DNA of 64,000 bases, from contig JAIVFI010000018.1 of the NCBI GenBank assembly GCA_025558095.1, forward strand, positions 1 through 64,000, in the 5' to 3' direction. The notes beneath the pieces were generated by a model that had not been told where the DNA came from, did no database searches, and saw nothing but the letters and a program-made list of their open reading frames with translations. The DNA is from Hyaloraphidium curvatum SAG 235-1. Its lineage: Eukaryota > Fungi > Monoblepharomycota. Shown in pieces: positions 57,192-64,000 of the stretch (its first letter is position 1; every line of letters begins with the position of its first letter). A program made the position numbers and the translations under genes.

Positions 57192-58946
57192 ATGGAGACC
57201 ATTGATGCGACCTACTGGCGCGTGAGGCTCTTTGGCAAGACGGAGCTGGACGCCGGCTCCGAGAGAATAGGAGACCGCGGCGCCCGCGCGCTCGCCCAGG
57301 CGCTGGCGGAGAACTCCACTCTGACCTCCTTGCGGCTGAGGAATCAGGGGCTCGGGCCCGAAGGGGCACGCGCACTCGCCGAAGCGCTTAGGAAGAACTC
57401 GACCCTGGCCATCTTAGGCCTCCAGGATAATGGCATTGGAGACAGCGGCGCCAGCGCTCTTGCTGGGGCCCTCCTGAAGAATTCGGCCCTGACAAAACTT
57501 CACCTGGAAGGCAATGGTATTGGCAAGGCGGGCATCCGCAAGCTCCTTGGCGCGCTGGACACGAATTCCAGCCTGAGGGAGCTAACATTGGACAAGAAGG
57601 ATGACATCCCCAATCTCCCTCGGTTCATTGAGTCAGCACTCCAAAATCCAGACAGACTACGGCGGCAAGAGCAACAGAAGACGCTGCCGAACATTGGCAA
57701 AGCTAATCTCGAGAACCGCACCCGACATGAGACAGCAGAGGATCCATCAACCGCTGACGAGCACACCACTGTCGAAGGGGAATCGACACCGAAGTGGACG
57801 GCGGAGCTCTGTCCGCCTCCAAGAATGGAGTTGTTGATGGTCCCGGGAATTAATCCACTTCCACTTCCTTCGTCCGTGGCAACAGCCAATTCACGATGGA
57901 CTGCTGGGTTTCCAAGCCGGGCGCTGAGCCTACCGGAGAAGCGCAGCACGGCGTTGCTTGGCTCCCCTGCTGTGAACAGGACCATCTACGAAATTGATCC
58001 GTTGCACCTGAGACAAGGCAACTACCTCGGGTCGGGGGCTTTTGGTATTGTAGTGGACGGGATGTACCAGAAGCACACCAAGGTCTCCCTCAAGCTCATC
58101 AAAGGCTCGGATCTCATTGGAAGGCAGCTCGAAGAGGCAGTCAAGGAGCTGGAATGCGAGATGGAGGTGTGGTTGCGGCTGCCATACCACACCAACGGTG
58201 GGAAGCATGACGGGGCAGTCGTGACCTCTCTGATGCAAGTCGGTTTCAGTTCTTCCTCTGTTGGGCTGGTGTCGCGAGCCGTTGTGCCTGGTGACGCTCT
58301 ACATGACCGGCGGAACAGCCAGGAAGTACCTCGGTGCGCTGCAACCGAGCCCTTCGAAGCGCGCGCCGTGCACCGCATCCTCTTCCCAGTTGCGGTGGGG
58401 ATGACGCACCTTCACTCCCTCCCAACGCCGATCTTGCACCTCGACATCAAGGGAGACAACATCCTTGTGGACGAGGGGGGGGTCGCCAAGATCGCGGACT
58501 TTGGGCTGTCCAAGATCAGGGAGACGGCTTCGCTGCACACGACGCTGAAGGGGGGAGGAACGCCCATGTTCATGGCGCCCGAGGGTGGGTCAGTCAGCGC
58601 GGCGGGCCGTGACCTGATCCGCATCATGACGACGCGCACCGACCTCAGCTTTTGCCAAGCCCAAGCCGAACCCGGCACCGCGACCGACGTCTACGCCTTC
58701 GGTATGACCATGTGGGAGCTCCTTTCCCGGGGCCAGAAACCGCTCTGGAGTGCGCTGCAGGCCTACGGCGCCGAGGCGTTCGGGGAGCGCGTCCGGACGG
58801 ACCCCAAGTTCCGCCCGCCGCGACCGTACGCGTGCCCGGATGCAACGTGGGACCTGATCACGAGGTGCTGGGCGATGGACGCGGCGGCACGGCCGAGGTT
58901 CGAGGAGATTGCGGACGAGCTGAAGGCCATCCTCGACGGCATGTGA
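57192..58946 (+). pseudogene. RNI-type LRR + TKL-like kinase paralog with a 1-bp deletion in the kinase domain
   Basis: 4-5 LRRs; GSGAFG, HLDIKGDN, DFG, GTPMFMAPE. After splicing intron 58198-58249 the frame breaks near 58346 relative to the paralog. Confidence 0.75.
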
Positions 58947-59137
58947 GCCGTCTCGCGAGTAATAGAGCTCTGCGCATCCGGCCTGCTGTCGATTCCTTCG
59001 CATGCATCGTCTTCCATGCCGATCACAGCTTCTTGTCGATCCAGTAGATCACCTGCCTGCCGACCAGCAACGGGATCCCGCCACTCTTTGGCCAAACGCT
59101 GCCGGCGCGGGACGGTCAGCCGGGTCGATCGGGTAGA

Positions 59138-60126
59138 TCACCGCTCGGAAGTACCCACGTCATCTGGAACTTGCTCAGCCTCCCGCTCCTTACCGTCGTC
59201 GTCTGCTGCTGCCTCAACCAACCCCCCTCGCACTCCCCCGGCAGCCGGACAAAAAGTCACCCTCAGCGTCGCCGTCCCCGCGAACCTGTTCACCCCCGAT
59301 CCCGGCTTCAACTGCGGCGCCACCACGCCCTGGAGGAAATCCTCCGTGGCGAAGATGTGGTCCGCGAAGAAGGCGAGCATGGGCCAGGTCACGGGCCCGT
59401 CGAACCCGGCGAAGCGGACGAACTTGGGGTCGTCGCCCAGCAAGGGGTGCGAGGTTTCGTGGATGCCTCGGTTGCCGCCGGCGGGCTCGAGGCACTCGAA
59501 GTGGCGGAAGTACCCGTGGCCGCCCGGCACCACCGCCGCCCGCTCCATCACCCTGATGGCCGTGTGCGGTTCCCCCGCGGGGGGGCCGGGGTGGTCGTCC
59601 GGCAGCGCCAGCTCTTCGACACTTGCGGCGTGCGGGAGGCCGAGGAGTTCGCCGGGGCGCGGGACCGCGGGGAGGGCGGCGAGGAGGGCGGTGGCGGTCG
59701 TGTGCAGGGCGTGCAGGGGCGCGGCGGAGCGCACGTCGACGCGGGCAAAGGAGAGGGCGCCGCCGGTCTAAAGTCAAGCGCAATCAGCCCTCCGTGTGCG
59801 GAACGCCGGTCCGTGCGGCCCACCTTCATCGGGCGGATCGTAATCTCCAGCTCGGCCCCCCTCGGCGGGCTCGACAGGTACTCGACCCCCATATCAGCCG
59901 GCCTGATCTTGGCCCCGGCGCCCTCGTCCGCCCCCGCCCCGTTGAAATGGTCCATAAGCGCGCGGACGATGAGCGAGAGCAGCACCGCCCCCGGCACCGC
60001 GCCGAACGCTGACACCCATTCCGGGTCGACCTTGGCGCGGTAGACCGACTCGGCCGAGGGGGCCGCGCGGGGGGACGTGCGGGTGACCGCCGTGAGGCGG
60101 TCGAAGAGGCTCGGCGGGGAAGGCAT
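59138..60126 (-). CDS. Thioesterase-like (double hot-dog) protein
   Basis: YRAKVDPEW..FGAVPG...VEYLSSP...ITIRPMKVGR; MLAFFAD; intron about 59.77-59.82 kb; 3' end uncertain. Confidence 0.7.
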
Positions 60127-60470
60127 CGTCGCGGGCGAGGGCAAGTGGAAGTCGGGGAAGGAGCTCGTCAGCCAGTCGGGGCGATCCTGGGAATGTTCCG
60201 CGGTTCCATGCACCGTCGTCCTCGTCCCTAACGCGGTTCAACTGCCTGGTCGGGGAGCGCCTGCCACATGATTGGCACCTCTTGCTCTCCACAGGCATCT
60301 AGGTGGGATTTTGGTTCCGTAGGGCGGGTCACCGCTGCGGGAATGCGGAAGAACCAGGGAAAGTCGGGCCCGGATTTGTTGCCGTTATGCATGCATTCCC
60401 CAGCAGATAGATAACGATGTTTTGCCGCTCTCCAGCTCTAACTGGTCTCTTCTCAGATCGCCGTCCCAAC

Positions 60471-61530
60471 TCAGTCAATGATCACCATCCCGCCCTCCTC
60501 CTTCACGCCCTCCGGCATCGCGACCCTCCGGACCGGCTCCGGCTTGGGCCGGCCGTAGTAGACCTTGAAGAAGGCGATGACATCACTGATCTCGCCCCGG
60601 TCGACACATTCCATCTCAGGCCCCTGGGCTGCGGGCTCGGCGTCGGGAAGGGGCTGTTCGTCGGCTTCGCTCTCCTCGGTCTCGGAGTCAGTGGATGCAT
60701 CGCTGTCGGAATCCATGGATTCGTCCGAGTCCGAGTCGTCGGATGATATGTCCACGTCTTCGTTGTACCTTCGCAATGGCAGCGTCAGACGCCAGGACAT
60801 CCCGTCCCGCTTGGCGGCAAGGCGCTCACCTGGTGCTGAAGAAGGGGGAGTCCCTCGTCTTGGCCTTGGGCACGATGCCGTCCGAATGCATGAGCTTTTC
60901 GACCCCGGAGGCCCTGTCCTGGAGCTGCTTGGGCACGAGCTCCTCGTGCGTCTTCCAGAAGAGGCAGACCCTCACGGCGATGGTGCCCATCGCACCGTGG
61001 ATCGCGGCCGCCTTGCTGCGCTCGGCGGGATCCAACCCGGCCGTGGGCTGGAAATCCACGAGGCCGAACCTGATGCGCCTGGTCCGGCCGGCGGCGTCCT
61101 CGTACTGCCCGCCGCCGATCATCCAGCCGGTCACTCACCCGCATTGCCATGATGCGGGCCCAACGCAAGCACCTACCGAATCCACCACCAGCTCCTCGCC
61201 CAGTTCCACTACGGGGGTCCCGACGATGCGGCCGTCGATGTGCACGTCGAAGACGACCGAGGGCGCATCTCCCGCGTCCCACGGCACCCTTCCCCGGGCC
61301 GTGGTCTTGAGCACCAGGCTGAGCCGCGGGCCGGGCCCCTCGCCGCGCAGACACTCGAGTAGCGGGGCGACGGGAATGGAAGCCGACGCCGAGGTGCCCC
61401 TTGCGGCGATCTCTTCGAGGGGCAGGGCGCGCGGGGCGCCGCCGCGGGAGACCTTGACGGCGAGCGTGTGCACGAGGGGCACTTCCTCCCGGTCGACGCG
61501 GGCGGTGTTGATGCGAAGCACGGTCGGCAT
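60471..61530 (-). CDS. Hypothetical multi-exon protein with an acidic Ser/Asp tract
   Basis: Three coding-like exons (FDVHIDGRIVG; MGTIAVRVCLF; IAFFKVYY) separated by GT-AG introns. Confidence 0.6.
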
Positions 61531-61875
61531 CGCGTCGTTGGTGGCCGTGGGTGTGTTCTGTGATGATATCCCGGGGGTTCCTCGCTGGGTGTTTATGTAC
61601 TCGGCGCGACCGCGCCGCGCCGGCGCGACCACACCCGCGCAAAACGGGCACCGTGCGGAACCCGTCCAGCCAATCGCATCCGACAGAACCCGAAGCAGTC
61701 CCGCATGGGGCCGAGATCCCAAGACCGAAGGGCCGGTGCTGGCGAAACCATCCCACCGTATCCATCCGCCTTTTCATCCGACGGACCAGGGCCTGGCAAA
61801 CCTTCCTATTCCGGGCGCGCCGCGCTGGCTGCCCTTCACATTGCCCTTCTATCCACATCTCCGTGCTCTCGCTGC

Positions 61876-63033
61876 CTACCGCACCGGCTCCCCGTACGCC
61901 AGCGTCTTCTCCACCGCCCACCTCATCCTCCGCACCGCGTTCCGCCTCGCCCTCCCCCTCTCCTCGGCCGACATCCCGTCCACCGCGTCGAGCAGCGGGC
62001 TGCCCTCGGGGAACTTGCGCGCGAACGCCGCGCCGGCCTCCACCGCCGCCTCCAGCTGCTCCCGCCTGGTCATGGGGGCGGGATGCTGCGACAGCGGCGG
62101 GAAGTCGAAGAACCGCAGCGCGTCCGGCGCCACGGTGGCGTTCAGCTGCAGCCCGGCCTGGGTCCAGCGAATCCAGGCCTGGAAAAAGTGCTCCGCCGGG
62201 GAGGGCACGGTGGAGAAGAAGGCCAGGAGGCGGCGGAGTTCCCTCCCGTTCCTGAAGAGCGAGGCGCAGAAGGCGCGGGAGAGGATGACCCACGCGTCGC
62301 CGTGCGGCACGGGCACCGCGGGCTCGAAAGGGTAGGGTATCACGCCGTCGTACGGGTACGGGAGGGGGGAGAACTCCATCCCGGGCTGCCAGATGGAGCC
62401 GTGGGTCGCGTTTCCCGACAACGCGGGGTCGAGGGAGAGCATCTTCCACCGCAACACCGGGTCCCAGAACGAGACGAAGGAGACGTCCAGGGGTGCGCCG
62501 GCGGAGGAGACCGAGGCCTCGGCGAGGGCGGCGGCGAGGTCCCCCGGGAGGAGGAGGGGGTAGCAGTTGCCCGAGAGGTTGACGAAATGCGTCCAGTCGC
62601 GCGACCACAGGAGCATGTGCTCGATGGCGTCCACGGTGTTGAGCACCATGGACACGCCGCGGTAGGTGATTTGGGCGGGGGAGAGGAAGCGCACGTTGCC
62701 AAACTCGGGGCCGCGCAGCAGGCGGCGGAGCTCGGCGTCGCCGCGTTTGCCGACGGCGTTGGTGTCCAAATGAATGAGGTAGAAGTCCTCCGGGCGGTGG
62801 ATCGCGCGGAGCAGCCGCGGCACGAGCGGCAGCGACGCGTTGGATATCTGCAGGAAGTAGGCCACGCGCACTTGGCGGGCGCGCGCGGAGGGCGACGGCG
62901 CGGCGTCCGGTGCCGGCGGAGCGTCGGGCGGCCTCTTTCGGCGCGGCTCGTGGAGCGGCCGGAGCAGGAGAAAAGCGAGCACCAAACACACGGCGACGAA
63001 GGCCCGCCGCCGACGGTACCACGGCGGGCGCAT
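61876..63033 (-). CDS. GT14 core-2/I-branching / xylosyltransferase-like glycosyltransferase
   Basis: Type II anchor; VAYFLQ, RLLRAIHRP..FYLIHLD, WTHFVNLSG.CYPL, GDAWVILSR.F, EHFFQ, FARKF. Confidence 0.9.
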   Translation of the reverse strand: MRPPWYRRRRAFVAVCLVLAFLLLRPLHEPRRKRPPDAPPAPDAAPSPSARARQVRVAYFLQISNASLPLVPRLLRAIHRPEDFYLIHLDTNAVGKRGDAELRRLLRGPEFGNVRFLSPAQITYRGVSMVLNTVDAIEHMLLWSRDWTHFVNLSGNCYPLLLPGDLAAALAEASVSSAGAPLDVSFVSFWDPVLRWKMLSLDPALSGNATHGSIWQPGMEFSPLPYPYDGVIPYPFEPAVPVPHGDAWVILSRAFCASLFRNGRELRRLLAFFSTVPSPAEHFFQAWIRWTQAGLQLNATVAPDALRFFDFPPLSQHPAPMTRREQLEAAVEAGAAFARKFPEGSPLLDAVDGMSAEERGRARRNAVRRMRWAVEKTLAYGEPVR

Positions 63034-63251
63034 TCCGCCGCCCCGCGGACGCCGGGAGCGCCCGCACAAGATCGTGCCCCGCGGCGGGCCCGGACACGGG
63101 GGAGCGGTGTGTGCGGAGTTTTCGTAGGTGGGGCCGGTCGGCCGGCGCGCACAAGTCAACTAACCCCTCCCCTCTTCCCCGAATTCAATGTATATGGCGT
63201 GACGTGATGTATCGGGGTTGGGGGGCGCTCAGCGCCTGTGATAGAGATCTG

Positions 63252-63435
63252 ACGTGATGCGCCTTTGCCCGCGCCTCCCCATTTCCGATCCCGCCCTGGC
63301 CAAAAGCTCCAAGGCGCCGACGATCCATCCGCATCCCTCGTCACGTGGTGCGCCTTTGCCCGCGCCTCCCCATTTCCGATCCCGCCCCGGCCAAAAGCTC
63401 CAAGACGCCGACGATCCATCCGCACCCCTTGTCAC
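63252..63435. repeat. Direct tandem duplication, 2 x 91 bp
   Basis: acgtg(a/g)tgcgcctttgcccgcgcctccccatttccgatcccgcc...ggccaaaagctccaag..gccgacgatccatccgca starts at 63252 and again at 63343. Confidence 0.9.
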
Positions 63436-63504
63436 CTACCCCCACACCCACGACCTTCCCCTTTGTTCGACCCTCTCCGTCCGCCAGCTTGTGCCCTCCG
63501 GCGA

Positions 63505-64000
63505 TCACGCCCCGAACCCCTCCCACTCCCACACCCCTCCCTCCCCCTCGCCCCAATCGTCGTCCGAGTCCTCCTCCGAGGAGCTGCACGCGCCCAGGCT
63601 CCGCCGCACGCGGGCCGCGACGGCTTTGGCGGTCCTGGGCTGCCTGCGGGGCGGGGCGGCGGCCTCCGAGGACGCCGGCGCCCGCCCCGTCCCTCGCGAA
63701 GCGGTGCCGAGCGCCGTCCGGACCTCGGCAAACTCGAACGCCGCGTCCCTCCAACCCCTCGGTCCCACGCCCTCCCTCGCCGCTTCGGAGCTGCTCCACA
63801 CGAACCCCCTTTCCCTCTCCCTCTGCCCGCGGTGCTCCGAGGGATGGTGGAACCCGGAAGAGATGGGTGAGAATGCGTGGCGCAGGGCGTCCCAGGGAGT
63901 CGTCTGCTGCGCGGGGCGCGCAGGGCGGTCCGAGGTCGGGGAGGTGGCTTCTCGCGCGGGGTCGGGAGAGTGGGGGGAGCGGCGGTGCGCGCGGGGCGCG
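63505..64000 (-). CDS. 3' end of an unidentified gene entering from beyond the window
   Basis: Coding-like low-complexity frame ending SSSEEDSDDDW...GFGA*. Confidence 0.35.
   Translation of the reverse strand, partial: APRAHRRSPHSPDPAREATSPTSDRPARPAQQTTPWDALRHAFSPISSGFHHPSEHRGQRERERGFVWSSSEAAREGVGPRGWRDAAFEFAEVRTALGTASRGTGRAPASSEAAAPPRRQPRTAKAVAARVRRSLGACSSSEEDSDDDWGEGEGGVWEWEGFGA

Noticed and set aside
63252-63435. CRISPR-like array
   Set aside because: Only two contiguous 91-bp units with no spacers, no cas genes and a eukaryotic context.
1-64000. tRNA/rRNA genes and the many Arg/Pro/Gly-rich alternative ORFs
   Set aside because: No recognisable RNA gene seen by eye; the alternative ORFs overlap well-supported genes and reflect high GC.

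Overview
Very GC-rich, gene-dense eukaryotic DNA with short (about 50-70 nt) GT-AG introns. An APSES transcription factor and a fungal-specific TF domain point to a fungus. The short introns, TKL-type LRR-kinases, GH9, trypsin and GT31/GT14 suggest an early-diverging, chytrid/monoblepharid-like lineage (inference only). About 33 genes or gene remnants can be supported, and most entries in the ORF track are antisense or GC shadows. Main points: (1) A tandem trio of 7-TM proteins (0.77-7.9 kb) whose topology and conserved C-terminus resemble the insect gustatory/odorant receptor (7TMIC/GRL/DUF3537) ion-channel superfamily; one copy has an in-frame TAG. (2) A degenerate RLE-type non-LTR retrotransposon 3' fragment, missed by the ORF track, abutting the first copy. 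(3) Two inverted RNI-LRR + kinase immune-receptor-like paralogs, each with a lesion. (4) A large secreted protein with four copies of an unrecognised Cys-containing domain. (5) A GH9 with a non-canonical catalytic motif. (6) A Stig1-like/TM/SH3 receptor-like protein. All calls come from manual reading; no database search was run.
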